NCBI GenBank assembly: GCA_963745025.1
Contig: CAVUWD010000016.1
Coordinates: 640,001 to 704,000 of the forward strand
Length of the DNA: 64,000 nucleotides
Direction of reading: 5' to 3'
Origin: an uncultured delta proteobacterium
GTDB taxonomy: Bacteria > Desulfobacterota > Binatia > JACPRU01
Part shown: positions 29,496-39,695 of the stretch, in pieces
How positions within the stretch are numbered: position 1 is the first letter of the stretch
How the letters are laid out: every line of letters begins with the position of its first letter
Translations under genes and position numbers: made by a program
The notes under the pieces: model-generated
What the model was told of the DNA's origin: nothing
What the model saw: the letters and a program-made list of their open reading frames with translations, nothing else
The model's database searches: none

Positions 29496-31916
29496 ATGAA
29501 TTTCTCGGGAGCATTGGACGGTATCCGCGTACTCGAGTGTGGCGAGCTCGCGGCTGCTCCCTACGCTGCGAAGCTCCTGGCCCATCTAGGAGCCGATGTC
29601 GTGAAGATCGAGCCGCCGGCGGGTGACCCGGTGCGGCATCGGGGCCCGTTCCCGGCGAAGAAGCCACATCCCGAGCGAGGCGGGCTCCATCTTTATCTCG
29701 ATCAGGCAAAGCGGAGCGTCGTGATCGACTCTTCCCGGTCCGCCGACCGGGCCCGCTTCCGCAAGCTGGTGGCGAAGGCGGACGTCGTGATCGCCAACGG
29801 CTCTCCCGGCTCGCTCGAGAAGCGAGGCCTCACCTATGACGGACTGCGCGAGGCGAACCCGCGCATCGTCGTCACGACCATCACGCCGTTTGGCCTGACC
29901 GGTCCGCGGCGCGACTGGACGGCCGTCGAGATCGTCGAGGCCGCGGCGGGCGGCTGGCTCTATATCAGCCCGGGAGCGTTGCGAGATCCGTCCCTGCCCC
30001 CGCTCAAGGCCTTCGGCCAGCAAGCCGACTTCCAGGGCGGTGTGCATGCGGCGATCGCGACGCTCGGCGCCCTCTTCGCCCGGCAGCGCACGGGCCAGGG
30101 TCAGCACGTGGACGTCAACGTCCAGGCGGCGATCGCCTCGAACCTCGAGATGAACTTCATGCATTGGACGTACGCGCGCCGCGTCGCGTCCCGTCTCGGC
30201 CAGCGTGCCCTCGGGCCTTGGGGGATCATCCAGCTCGCCGACGGCCCATTCTTCGTGGTCTGCGTGGAGGAAGACCAGTGGCAGCGCCTCGCCGACTACC
30301 TTGGACGGCCCGAGTGGACCCAGTGGGAGATCTTCGCCGATCGTCTGGTGCGCGCCCAGAACGGGGACGTGCTGATGCCGCTACTCGAGCAGGCGCTGTC
30401 GCACCTCGCCTGTGAGCGCGCGTACGTGGAATTGCAGGAGCGGCGTATCCCCTGCTCGCCGATCTTCGACATGGCGATGCTGCTTCGCTCGGAGCACCTG
30501 AAGGCTCGCGACTTCTTCGTGAAGGTCGATCATCCGGACGCCGGCCCGCTCGTCTATCCGGGCGCACCGTTTCGCTTCTCGCGCACCCCCTGGCGCGCGA
30601 TCCGTCCTGCGCCGCGCCTAGGCGAGCACACCGCCGAGGTGCTCCAAGAATGGGGGAAGCGTCGGTCGCGGAAGGCTGCGTCAGACGCTCCTCGCTCTTC
30701 CGGGCGGGAGGCGCCGCTCGCCGGCGTGCGAGTGGCTGACTTCTGCTGGGTCTGGGCCGGCCCCGCCTGCACGCTGCAGCTCGCCCACCTTGGCGCGGAG
30801 GTGATCCGCATCGAAGCCCCGGGTCGCCCGTGCATCACCCGCCTCATCCCGCCCTTCGCCGACGACGTGCGAGGCATGAATCGCGCGGGTTACTTCAACC
30901 AATACAACCAGGGGAAGAAGAGCGTCGGCCTGAATCTCAAGCACCCCGACGGCCTCGCGCTGGCCAAGCGCCTTGTCGCGGTGTCGGACGTGGTCACCGA
31001 GAATTTTGCCGCGGGGGTCATGGAGCGCATCGGGCTCGGATACGAGGAGCTTCGGAAAATCAAGCCCGACATCGTCATGATCTCGTTCTCGGGTTATGGC
31101 GCCACCGGACCCGCGCGAAACTACATCGCTTACGGACCCGTCCAGGTGCCGATGATCGGTCTCGCGTCGCTCTCCGGCTACCCAGGAGGAGGACCCAGCG
31201 AGGTCGGCATCTCCTACGGCGACCCCAATGCCGGCATGCACGCCGCGTTCGCCGTGCTGGCGGGGCTAAGCCACCAGCGCCGCACCGGCGAAGGACAGTA
31301 CGTCGACATGTCCCAGTGGGAGGCGGCCGTGGGTCTCACGGCCGAGGCCTTCATGGAGTACACGATGGACGGCACGTATCCCCCGCGGCAAGGCAATCGG
31401 GACGTGATCGAGGCACCCCAGGGGGTGTTTCGCTGCGCGGGTGAGGACGAGTGGGTCGCGCTCGCGTGCTGGAGCGATGAACAGTGGCGGGAGCTCGCCC
31501 GGGCCATGGGTCGCGACGATCTGGCAGCGGACGCACATCTGTCGACGAAGGCCGGACGAAAGCGCAGCGAGCAGATGCTCGAGGCGGCGATCTCCGAATG
31601 GACGGGCTCGCGATCCGCGGAAGAGGTGGCGCAGCTCCTGCAGGCTCGGGGCGTTCCGAGCTATCCGGTGCTCAGCAACCGTGGGGTCGCCGAAGACGTG
31701 CAGCTCGATGCGTGGGGCGCCTTCGTCGATCTCGACCATCCGGAAGCGCGCGTTCGACGTCACATCGGCGCGCCCTGGCACTTCAGCGAAGCGGACGTCC
31801 GGGTGCGGCGAGCGGCTCCGCTACTCTATGCCGACACCGACTCGGTGCTCGGTGAGCTGTTCGGCTGCGACGAGGGGGAGATTCGCCGGCTGCGCGATGC
31901 CGGTGCGATCGCGTGA
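29496..31916 (+). CDS. two-domain fused class III CoA-transferase
   Basis: Two CaiB repeats, LDGIRVLE...GADVVKIE and LAGVRVADFCWVWAGP...NQGKKS...SYGDPNAG, joined after APRLGEHT. Confidence 0.92.
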   Translation: MNFSGALDGIRVLECGELAAAPYAAKLLAHLGADVVKIEPPAGDPVRHRGPFPAKKPHPERGGLHLYLDQAKRSVVIDSSRSADRARFRKLVAKADVVIANGSPGSLEKRGLTYDGLREANPRIVVTTITPFGLTGPRRDWTAVEIVEAAAGGWLYISPGALRDPSLPPLKAFGQQADFQGGVHAAIATLGALFARQRTGQGQHVDVNVQAAIASNLEMNFMHWTYARRVASRLGQRALGPWGIIQLADGPFFVVCVEEDQWQRLADYLGRPEWTQWEIFADRLVRAQNGDVLMPLLEQALSHLACERAYVELQERRIPCSPIFDMAMLLRSEHLKARDFFVKVDHPDAGPLVYPGAPFRFSRTPWRAIRPAPRLGEHTAEVLQEWGKRRSRKAASDAPRSSGREAPLAGVRVADFCWVWAGPACTLQLAHLGAEVIRIEAPGRPCITRLIPPFADDVRGMNRAGYFNQYNQGKKSVGLNLKHPDGLALAKRLVAVSDVVTENFAAGVMERIGLGYEELRKIKPDIVMISFSGYGATGPARNYIAYGPVQVPMIGLASLSGYPGGGPSEVGISYGDPNAGMHAAFAVLAGLSHQRRTGEGQYVDMSQWEAAVGLTAEAFMEYTMDGTYPPRQGNRDVIEAPQGVFRCAGEDEWVALACWSDEQWRELARAMGRDDLAADAHLSTKAGRKRSEQMLEAAISEWTGSRSAEEVAQLLQARGVPSYPVLSNRGVAEDVQLDAWGAFVDLDHPEARVRRHIGAPWHFSEADVRVRRAAPLLYADTDSVLGELFGCDEGEIRRLRDAGAIA

Positions 31917-32007
31917 GGTGACGGGATCCGGGTCGTCGGTGCGGGTGCGCGAGGTCGGTTCTGCAGCGCTCCGCCATGGCAGATTCCGGCGGCGCGAGCG
32001 AAATGTT

Positions 32008-33012
32008 TCACTGGCCGAGTAGGCCGACCCGGTCGAAGAGCGACAGGGATCGCGCGATTTCGGCGATCCGGGTCCGGTAGTCGTGCCGCGCCTGCATTGC
32101 GTCGTCGATATCGATGGCGCGAAACCTCACCTTCGAGCCCGGCGGCGCTTGCGCCAGCACGTCGATGTCGCACTGGATCGCCGTTCCGATTGTCGCGTAT
32201 CCTCCCCCGGTCACGGCGTCTCGCATCAACAGGATCGCTTCTTGGCCACCCGGCACCTGAACCGATCCAACGGGATAGCCGACGTCGACCACGTTCGATG
32301 CGTCGGAACCGGCACCGAATGGCGGCTCCCTATCCTTGAATCGAAATTCCGGCCCGCGCAGCCGGTAGCCGACCCGGTCGGCCTCGGTCGAAACCTCCCA
32401 CTTCGCTCGCAGGAAGTCCTCTACGCTCTCCTCGGTCAAGCGGTAGGAACATAGCCCCATGATGATCCGGAGCTCGACCTCTCTCTGCAGCCTCGGAAGG
32501 AATCGTGACGGAATCGTCCTTCCGATCAACGCCTCGGCCTCCGGGCGCAGTGGCCCGACGGGCAGGAGGTCGCCCGCCAGAAGTCGCCTGCCCTCGACAC
32601 CGCCGAAGCGGGCGAGAAGGTAGGTCGAGCGACTGCCGAGCAACGACGGGATCGTGATGCCGCCCGAAATACAGAAATACGCGCGGACTCCTCGCTCCAC
32701 CTGTCCACACGCGATGCGGTCGCCCTGACGCACCCGGTGCGCCACCCACTGCGGAACGCGCATGTCGTTCAGGTACACGCTGAGATCCGCGCCAGTGACG
32801 GCAACGACCGCCTCCTCGGTCGTCTCCATCACCGGACCGGCGAAGGTGATTTCCAGCGCCGCCGCATCGTCTCCGTTGCCGACCAGGATGTTGCCCACGC
32901 GGAAGGAGAACTGGTCCATCGCCCCGGCCGGCGGCATGCCGATGTGATACCAGCCGAACCGTCCCGCGTCCTGGACGGTCGTCTGCAGCCCTCCCTCGAG
33001 GATGTTCAGCAT
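32008..33012 (-). CDS. pxpC: 5-oxoprolinase subunit C / allophanate hydrolase subunit 2
   Basis: GGLQTTVQDAGR, GMPPAGAMD, GSRST, DRVGYRL, GSVQVP and TGGGY motifs. Confidence 0.88.
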   Translation of the reverse strand: MLNILEGGLQTTVQDAGRFGWYHIGMPPAGAMDQFSFRVGNILVGNGDDAAALEITFAGPVMETTEEAVVAVTGADLSVYLNDMRVPQWVAHRVRQGDRIACGQVERGVRAYFCISGGITIPSLLGSRSTYLLARFGGVEGRRLLAGDLLPVGPLRPEAEALIGRTIPSRFLPRLQREVELRIIMGLCSYRLTEESVEDFLRAKWEVSTEADRVGYRLRGPEFRFKDREPPFGAGSDASNVVDVGYPVGSVQVPGGQEAILLMRDAVTGGGYATIGTAIQCDIDVLAQAPPGSKVRFRAIDIDDAMQARHDYRTRIAEIARSLSLFDRVGLLGQ

Positions 33013-33878
33013 CCTTCGGCCTCGATCTGTAGCCGCTTCAGGTAGCCCTGCGGGTCGCCGAAGTACCGCGCCGGCTCGAACTCCTGCACGACGGTTCTGT
33101 AGCGGTACGTGCCCGCCTCGACCTCGGCGCGGATCGAGAGGAACTCGTCCATGTCGATCGGCCTGAGCTTCCAGCGATCGCCGGGGAGGGCGAGGATGTA
33201 GCGCTCCCGCAAGTCGACAAGGCTTCCGGTGGGATCGTAGATCGGCACCGGCGTCATTCCCAGCAGCTGATATCCGCCGGGACCTCGCACCGGATAGATC
33301 GCCAGGAACACGCCGCCATGCGACACGGCTCGCTCCGGCGTATCCGTCCGCGGCCGCACGTACTTGGGAGCCTGGATGGCACGGTCGCGGCTCACCATCT
33401 GGAAGCCCCACGCGGTCCCCGGAACGAAGCCGATCATCGACACCCAGTACGGGGTGCCAGAGTGAACGGCGATGAATTCCTCCTTGCTCGAGTAACCATT
33501 GATTGCCATCAGGTATTCGAGATTCGATACCGAGGCGTCCTGATGGCGATCCGCGAAATTTTTCGCGCACTCCTTGGTCCAGGGATCGTCGTAAAGCACG
33601 GGAATGTCGACCAGCCGCGAATCCAACGATTCGATATGCTGCGCCTCGCGCTCGATGTCGCGCAGCACCCGCATCAATCTCCGCGGTTCGATCTTTTCCG
33701 GCTCATAGTGGACCAGGTACGACGTGTTGGCCGGGCACACTTCGATGACGCCGTCGATCCGCTGCCGCTCGATCTCCTGGCATACCGAGAGGACCTTGAA
33801 GTTCACCTCCAGGCTCATCTCGATATCGAAATCGACGAAGATGAACTCGTCGCCGCCGTAGTCGTAGCGGGTATCCAT
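33006..33878 (-). CDS. pxpB: 5-oxoprolinase subunit B / allophanate hydrolase subunit 1 (long type)
   Basis: GGDE, EVCPANTSYLVHY, GFVPG, PRTDTP and GPGGYQLLG motifs. Confidence 0.85.
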   Translation of the reverse strand: MDTRYDYGGDEFIFVDFDIEMSLEVNFKVLSVCQEIERQRIDGVIEVCPANTSYLVHYEPEKIEPRRLMRVLRDIEREAQHIESLDSRLVDIPVLYDDPWTKECAKNFADRHQDASVSNLEYLMAINGYSSKEEFIAVHSGTPYWVSMIGFVPGTAWGFQMVSRDRAIQAPKYVRPRTDTPERAVSHGGVFLAIYPVRGPGGYQLLGMTPVPIYDPTGSLVDLRERYILALPGDRWKLRPIDMDEFLSIRAEVEAGTYRYRTVVQEFEPARYFGDPQGYLKRLQIEAEGC

Positions 33879-33895
33879 GCGCCCGCACCCCTCCG

Positions 33896-35242
33896 TCAGT
33901 AGGCCATCTCTGTCAACACGTCGCCGGCAACCCGCAGGACCTCGTCAACGTCGCTCTCGCTGTGGGCGGCGGACAGAAAGCCCGGATGAGCCGGAGGAAG
34001 CAGCACGCCCTTCGAAATCATCCCGATGCTGAACGCATATTGCCTGACTGGATCGGCCCGTATCGCGGAGCGCTTGTCGCGTATCGGCTCGCCCGCGAAG
34101 TGAACGTGGAAGATCGAACCGACGCCGGTCGCCTGAAGCTCCAGTCCTTCCCTTCGCGCCGCTTCGCGCAGTCCCGCCCTAAGCCTGTCCCCGCGTCGAG
34201 CGAGGGCCTCGTAGACGTCGTCGCGCTCGAGCTCCGCGATCATGGCGAGCCCGGCAACCATGCTGACGGGATTCCCGGAAAACGTTCCCGACGCGAAGAT
34301 CTTCTCCTTGACGTCCGATGGCTCTTTGGTCGGAGTGACCACCTTCTCCATGACGTCCCGCCGCCCGCCGAACCCGCCGATCGGAAAGCCGCCGCCGACG
34401 ATCTTGCCGATCGCACCGAGATCGGGATGGACGCCGAAATAGGAGGAGGCGCCGCCCAGACCGAGGCGAAAGCCGGTGACGATCTCGTCGAAGACCAGGA
34501 GGATTCCTTTCTCCGCGGTGAGGTCACGTAGGGCGGCGAGCCAATCACGGTCCGCCGGTATCGCTCCGATTCCGAACCCGGCCACCGGCTCGATGAAGAC
34601 CGCGGCCAACTCGTTGGCGTGCTCGCGAACGATGTCGAGCGCCGCCGCATCGTTGTACGGCAGCAACAGCAGGTCGTTCAGCGACGACCGCTCCGTTCCG
34701 GCGCAGCCGGCGATCGGCTCCGGACGATGATCCGATCCGGCTCCGGCGACGAAGGCGCCGGTGAGACCGAAGTCGTGCTGGCCGTGATAGTTTCCCTCGA
34801 ACTTCGCGATGCGCTCTCTTCCGGTGAAGGCACGCGCCGCGCGCGCCAGCAGGAAGGTCGCCTCGGAGCCGCTGTTCACGAAGCGCACCATCTCCATGTA
34901 GCGCATGTGCGTCGTGACCTTCCTCGCGAGCCGGATCTCGAGCTCCGTCGCGAAGATCGGCGAGATCGCCTGTCCGAGCTGCGTCGTCACCGCACGGGTC
35001 ACGGCCTCCGGGCCGTGACCGAGGATCGCCGACCCGGCGCCGGCGAGGAGGTCGATGTACACGTTGCCGTCGGCGTCGACGACTCTCGAGCCCGACGCCT
35101 TCTCCACGTAGATCGGATAGGGCTTGAAGAACTTGGCGTTGCCGCTGACCCCTCCGGGAAGAAATCGCCGCGCCTCCTCCCAGAGCTGCCGTGAACGAGG
35201 GGTCCGCGCCGCATAGGCCTGTTTGAATCGTTCCGCAGCCAT
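33896..35242 (-). CDS. class III PLP aminotransferase (GSA-aminomutase-like)
   Basis: LPGGVSG, DADGNVYID, ILGH, NSGSEA, FEGNYHG, FDEIVTGFR, GKIVGGG and GTFSGNP motifs. Confidence 0.88.
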   Translation of the reverse strand: MAAERFKQAYAARTPRSRQLWEEARRFLPGGVSGNAKFFKPYPIYVEKASGSRVVDADGNVYIDLLAGAGSAILGHGPEAVTRAVTTQLGQAISPIFATELEIRLARKVTTHMRYMEMVRFVNSGSEATFLLARAARAFTGRERIAKFEGNYHGQHDFGLTGAFVAGAGSDHRPEPIAGCAGTERSSLNDLLLLPYNDAAALDIVREHANELAAVFIEPVAGFGIGAIPADRDWLAALRDLTAEKGILLVFDEIVTGFRLGLGGASSYFGVHPDLGAIGKIVGGGFPIGGFGGRRDVMEKVVTPTKEPSDVKEKIFASGTFSGNPVSMVAGLAMIAELERDDVYEALARRGDRLRAGLREAARREGLELQATGVGSIFHVHFAGEPIRDKRSAIRADPVRQYAFSIGMISKGVLLPPAHPGFLSAAHSESDVDEVLRVAGDVLTEMAY

Positions 35243-35261
35243 GCGCTCCACCATCCCCGGA

Positions 35262-35390
35262 CTATGCGCGGACACCTTCGCGAAGATTCTCGGCCAGCCG
35301 GATCTGGTCCAGCATCTCACGATACAGATCGGCGTGCGCTCTCGTCGAACCGGGCAACTGCATCGTATAGGCGCCTACGCCGAATCGCAT
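35262..35390 (-). pseudogene. LLM oxidoreductase N-terminal stub
   Basis: AAGGAG RBS followed by MRFGVGAYTMQLPGSTRAHADLYREMLDQIRLAENL-REGVRA*, a typical LLM start cut after about 36 aa. Confidence 0.7.
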
Positions 35391-35606
35391 GGCTGCTCCT
35401 TCCGGTGCCACGTCACAACGTGCCGAGCGAGGACGCGCCTGCTCATCATTGCCATAAGCAGGTTCCGTTCCGGACCAACCCCGCTTTGTCGGGACGGCTC
35501 AGCGCGGCGATCGGGCGGCGGTGAGAAGAGGGACGCCATTGGGTCGAATAGCCATCGTGGCGCCCGTCGCGCCGAAGGGTTCATCTAGGGCCCCGGTAAT
35601 TCTCTC

Positions 35607-35622
35607 TGGCATGGCGTATGCA
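35607..35622 (+). promoter_or_regulatory. sigma54 -24/-12 promoter
   Basis: TGGCAT-GGCGT-ATGCA upstream of the cupin gene. Confidence 0.6.
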
Positions 35623-35759
35623 ATTGGTTCTGCTTCAGAAGACAAAGGACTCAGATCAAGCCTAATTTCAAGTGAGGTCATCGTCGCGATTTGCCACGGC
35701 GGAAAAATACATCGTCGTTCTCTGCAACAGGAACGTGCATGGCAATAAGGAGATTCGTC

Positions 35760-36176
35760 ATGTCTGGTGGCGCCGCATTCCCGTATCCCTACTCCGACCT
35801 GAAGGTTTTCAAGGTGAATCCCGAGGATATGCAGCCCTCGTTCATCGAGACTCGCGGTGTCACGTTCGATATCGCCGTCTACAATGATGAGCCGGGCGGC
35901 ACGACGGGCGTGGAGGATTTTCGCCCAGGCGATGAGGTCGAATGGAACTTTTTTCACGACGAAGTGCAGTACATCCTGAAGGGCAAGGCGGAAATCACAT
36001 ACTCACTGCCGCCTCTTCACCGGAAATGGTACAAGACCGAGGCCGACGAGGGTTGCGTCTATCTGATTCCGCGCGGGGCGCGATTGAAGTTCAAGGTGAT
36101 CGGAGACCAGCCGTACCGGCACTTCTTCGTCGTCATGCCGGGCGGCTTCTATCCGCGGGACAAGTTCGACCGTTAG
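35760..36176 (+). CDS. cupin-domain protein
   Basis: WNFFHDEVQYILKGKAEI...G.VYLIPRGA...F motif pattern. AAGGAG RBS. Confidence 0.8.
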   Translation: MSGGAAFPYPYSDLKVFKVNPEDMQPSFIETRGVTFDIAVYNDEPGGTTGVEDFRPGDEVEWNFFHDEVQYILKGKAEITYSLPPLHRKWYKTEADEGCVYLIPRGARLKFKVIGDQPYRHFFVVMPGGFYPRDKFDR

Positions 36177-36238
36177 CGGCCGTTGAAGGACGTCGACCGG
36201 CAACGCCGGCACGCCGATTTCCCGAACGGAGGTGTGAC

Positions 36239-36709
36239 ATGGGCTCGGGATCGCTGGAGGAGCGGCTTCAGGTGCTCGAGGACGTCGAAGCCATCAAGAA
36301 GCTCAAGGCGCGGTATTGCCTCGCCGTGGACGATAGGGACGCCGAAAAGATCGCCTCGCTGTTCACGGCGAACGGTGTGTGGGATGGCGGCAGCTTCGGC
36401 CGCTATGAGGGGACGGACGCATTACGCTCCTTCTTCCGCTCCGTGCCCGAGATCCTCTCCTTCTTCGTCCATTACGTCTCGAACCCGTTGATCGAGATCG
36501 GCGGCGACCGCGCAACGGGCTCCTGGTACCTGCTCGAACCCTGCACGTTCGCCGAGGAGAACCGCCCCGTGTGGGGCTCGGCACGCTACGAGGAGCGCTA
36601 CCGCCGGGTCGGCGGAGAGTGGAAGTTCGAGGAGATGAAGCTCGTCTCACTGTTCTGGACGCCGTACGAGGAAGGGTGGGTCAAGAAGAGGTTCGTTCAG
36701 AACGCTTGA
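36239..36709 (+). CDS. NTF2/SnoaL-like protein
   Basis: LEDVEAIKKLKARYC...FTANGVW...HYVSNPLIEIGGDRATGSWY. Paralog of 14414..14887. Confidence 0.85.
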   Translation: MGSGSLEERLQVLEDVEAIKKLKARYCLAVDDRDAEKIASLFTANGVWDGGSFGRYEGTDALRSFFRSVPEILSFFVHYVSNPLIEIGGDRATGSWYLLEPCTFAEENRPVWGSARYEERYRRVGGEWKFEEMKLVSLFWTPYEEGWVKKRFVQNA

Positions 36710-36780
36710 GAACAGGTCGCTCCACCGAGCCGCTCGGTGGCAACCGCGAGGCGCGCGAGCGCGCCGGCAGCATCGGGATC

Positions 36781-38265
36781 TCAAGCGGGAAACGGATCGG
36801 GAATCTCCGCGCCGAGATCCACCCACACACTCTTGACCTGGGTGTATTCCCGAATGACCTCGAGCCCGTTCTCGCGGCCGAAGCCGCTCAGCTTGTAACC
36901 GCCGAACGGGGAGGCGAAGTGGATTCGCCGGTAATTGTTCACCCACACCGTTCCCGCCCGGATCCGGCTCGCGACCCGGTGCGCCCGCTTCACGTTGCCG
37001 GTCCAGACGCCGGCCGCCAGTCCGTACTTCACGTCGTTGGCGAGCTCCACGGCCTCCTCTTCCTCGCGGAACGTCAGCACGCAGACGACCGGACCGAAGA
37101 TCTCCTCCTGCGCGATCCGCATCGAGTTCCGGACGCGCGCGAAGACGGTGGGCAGGAAGAAGCATCCCCGGGCGAGGGCCTCCTCCCGTGGTGGGCCGCC
37201 GCAGAGGAGCTCCGCTCCCTCCTCCTTTCCGAGGCGGACGTAGTCCTCGACCTTCTGCCGCTGCTCCCGCGACGCCAGCGACCCGATGTGGGTCCGCGGG
37301 TCGAGGGGATCCCCCACGCGGATCCGCTGCACGCGCTCGACCAGGCGGGCCACGAATTCGTCCGCGATTCGTTCGTGCAGGAGCAGGCGCGACCCGGCGA
37401 CGCACGTCTGACCGGCCGCCACGAAGACTCCGGCCATCGCTCCGCGCACGGCGTTGTCCATTTCCGCGTCGTCGAACACGATGTTCGGTGACTTCCCTCC
37501 GAGCTCGCAAGTGACTCGCTTGAGGTTCCCCGTCGTCTCCCTGCAGATGGCCTGCCCCGTCGCGGTCTCCCCGGTGAATGCGATCTTGTCGACACCCGGA
37601 TGGCGCACGAGGGCCGCCCCCGCGCTCTCGCCGTATCCGGGCACCACGTTCACGACTCCCGGCGGGAACTCGGCGCGCTGAATCAGCTTCGCCAGCTCGA
37701 GCGCGGTCACGGGCGTCTGCTCGGCCGGCTTCACGATTACCGCGTTGCCCGCGGCCAAAGCCGGCGCGAGCTTCATCGCGTACATGAGGAGCGGCGAGTT
37801 CCACGGAGTGATCGCGCCGACCACGCCCACCGGCTCCCGAACCGTGTAGTTGAGGAAGTCCGGTCCCAGCGGGACCGTTTCGCCTTGGATCTTGTCGGCG
37901 AGGCCGCCGAAGTAATGGTACCAGTTCGGGATCGCCGCGAGCTCGACCCCGAGCGTCTCCCGGATCGCCTTGCCGTTGTCCAGGGTTTCGAGCCGGGCCA
38001 GCTCCGCGGCGTTCTCCGCGATGAGCTCGCCGAGCCGCCGTAAGCGTTTGCCCCGTTCGATCGGCGTCATCTTCCGCCAAGGTCCGTCCTCGAAGGCCTT
38101 CCGCGCCGCGGCAACTGCCCGATCGATGTCCTCTGCCCCGCCCTCCGAAACCTCCGCCCAGACCTCGCCGGTCGCCGGGTTGACCGAGGCCAGCATACGA
38201 CCTGACGCCGAGTCCACCCATTCGTTGTTGATGAACATCTGGTAGGCTTTCCGAGGCGCAATCAT
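36781..38265 (-). CDS. NAD(P)-dependent aldehyde dehydrogenase
   Basis: ITPWN, VKPAEQT, ELGGKS, catalytic GQTCVAG, EEIFGPV and PFGGYKLSG motifs. Confidence 0.95.
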   Translation of the reverse strand: MIAPRKAYQMFINNEWVDSASGRMLASVNPATGEVWAEVSEGGAEDIDRAVAAARKAFEDGPWRKMTPIERGKRLRRLGELIAENAAELARLETLDNGKAIRETLGVELAAIPNWYHYFGGLADKIQGETVPLGPDFLNYTVREPVGVVGAITPWNSPLLMYAMKLAPALAAGNAVIVKPAEQTPVTALELAKLIQRAEFPPGVVNVVPGYGESAGAALVRHPGVDKIAFTGETATGQAICRETTGNLKRVTCELGGKSPNIVFDDAEMDNAVRGAMAGVFVAAGQTCVAGSRLLLHERIADEFVARLVERVQRIRVGDPLDPRTHIGSLASREQRQKVEDYVRLGKEEGAELLCGGPPREEALARGCFFLPTVFARVRNSMRIAQEEIFGPVVCVLTFREEEEAVELANDVKYGLAAGVWTGNVKRAHRVASRIRAGTVWVNNYRRIHFASPFGGYKLSGFGRENGLEVIREYTQVKSVWVDLGAEIPDPFPA

Positions 38266-38325
38266 TGGAAGACCTCCTGTTCTGCTCCTTCGTCGACGAA
38301 GCCGGGCGCCGGTGGCGTCGGAGGA

Positions 38326-39390
38326 TCAGATCCTGCGGATCACCACATCCGCGAAGTCGTCGATCACGGCGCTCATGGTCTGCCGCGTACCCCCGTGGAT
38401 CGCGATCTGCCGGATTCCCGCAGCCGCCATTCTCTTCACGCGCTCGGCGAGCTCTCCGGGCGTCCCCGTGAGCGTCGTCTCCTTGATCATCTTCGCCATC
38501 ACGATTTCCGAGTGCTCGGCCCGGAAGTCGTGCACGTAGCCGGAGTAGCGGTCGAGGTGACGCGTCTCGATCGGAGCATCTGGCGTCCGGTACGCGTCCC
38601 GAAAGGCCATGATCTCGTGGCGGACGTCGGCGGGGAGATCGCGCGGATCCTTCACCGACAGGGCGAAGATGTTGCATTCCGACGAGACGTACGCGCCAAC
38701 GGCATTCTGAAGGTCGGCGAGGCTCTCACCGGGCTTCACCGCGTGAAACGCCGTGACCACCATGAGATAGAGGTCGTCGAGCTTCCTTCCGGCCCGCTCG
38801 GCGCCTCTGCGAACGTGGCTCAGCGCGTACTCGAGGAGACTGTCTCCCACGGTCCCGAAAAGAATCACCCCGTCGCCGATCTCGCCGGCGAGCTCCAGGG
38901 TCTTCGGCCCGCTTGCCGCGATGAAGATCGGGATCGGGTTGTCGATGTTGATCCAGCCACCGGTCGGGTTCAGGAAACGGATCATTCGCGTCCGATCCTC
39001 CTCGGCGTAGGGCACCGTCTCCCCCTTGAAGAGGGCGCGGCAGACCCGAACGTGGTCCGCGAGCTCGGAGAGGCGGGCCGCCGGCATGCCGAGCGTGCGC
39101 CGCGCGGTATTGCCGGTGCCGATGCCCATGACCACTCGGCCGGGCGCGAGCTGGTTCAGCGTGGCGAAATTGCACGCGGTCACGGGAGCGATCCGCGACT
39201 TCGGGTTCGTGACATTCGTACCGAGCCGGATCTTCTTCGTCTTCGCGGCACAGAGCGCGAGGCAGGGAAAGGGATCCGCGCACACCATCTGTGAGTCGTA
39301 GAGCCACATGTGCGTGAAGCCCCGCTTTTCCGCCTGCACCGCCTCTCGATGGATATCCACGGCCGAGAGAAATGCGAGCCCGTAATCCAT
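38326..39390 (-). CDS. LLM-class oxidoreductase (DSQM subfamily)
   Basis: WLYDSQM, RIAPVTA, LAPGR, GIGTGNTARR and AASGPK motifs. Confidence 0.9.
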   Translation of the reverse strand: MDYGLAFLSAVDIHREAVQAEKRGFTHMWLYDSQMVCADPFPCLALCAAKTKKIRLGTNVTNPKSRIAPVTACNFATLNQLAPGRVVMGIGTGNTARRTLGMPAARLSELADHVRVCRALFKGETVPYAEEDRTRMIRFLNPTGGWINIDNPIPIFIAASGPKTLELAGEIGDGVILFGTVGDSLLEYALSHVRRGAERAGRKLDDLYLMVVTAFHAVKPGESLADLQNAVGAYVSSECNIFALSVKDPRDLPADVRHEIMAFRDAYRTPDAPIETRHLDRYSGYVHDFRAEHSEIVMAKMIKETTLTGTPGELAERVKRMAAAGIRQIAIHGGTRQTMSAVIDDFADVVIRRI

Positions 39391-39447
39391 GTCTTCACTC
39401 CTTCAATCTTCGCCGGCAGGCGATCCAAAATCCTCTCCTCGCGGAGG

Positions 39448-39463
39448 AGCGAAAACCGTACCA
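39448..39463 (-). promoter_or_regulatory. sigma54 -24/-12 promoter
   Basis: TGGTAC-GGTTT-TCGCT on the minus strand upstream of the LLM/ALDH pair. Confidence 0.55.
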
Positions 39464-39505
39464 TGTTCTCTCGATGAAGAACGGGCGCACGGCAAGGTTC
39501 GGGGA

Positions 39506-39522
39506 TGTGGCGATACGCCACA
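39506..39522. promoter_or_regulatory. perfect palindrome TGTGGCG-ATA-CGCCACA, candidate activator site
   Basis: Perfect 7-3-7 inverted repeat 42 bp from the -24 box at 39463. Confidence 0.7.
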
Positions 39523-39695
39523 ATCGTCGTTTTCCGCTCCAGGACGGGGAGAATCTTGCCGCGGCGTCATGGAGCGGATGCGTCTACGCGAGCCTGCCAG
39601 CGTGCACCAGGTATTTCTGCGAGAGCGACGAAGGCGGAACGGAATGGCCCGACCCGGGAGCCCGGCTTGACCGGCGTACGGCGCCCGCCAGCCGG

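Noticed and set aside
33896-35242. Calling this gene hemL
   Set aside because: No tetrapyrrole genes are nearby, and HemL-like class III paralogs are common in catabolic clusters.
35682-35698. Motif match CGTCGCGATTTGCCACG
   Set aside because: It lies downstream of the + promoter with no matching minus-strand -24/-12 box at the expected distance, so it is not counted.
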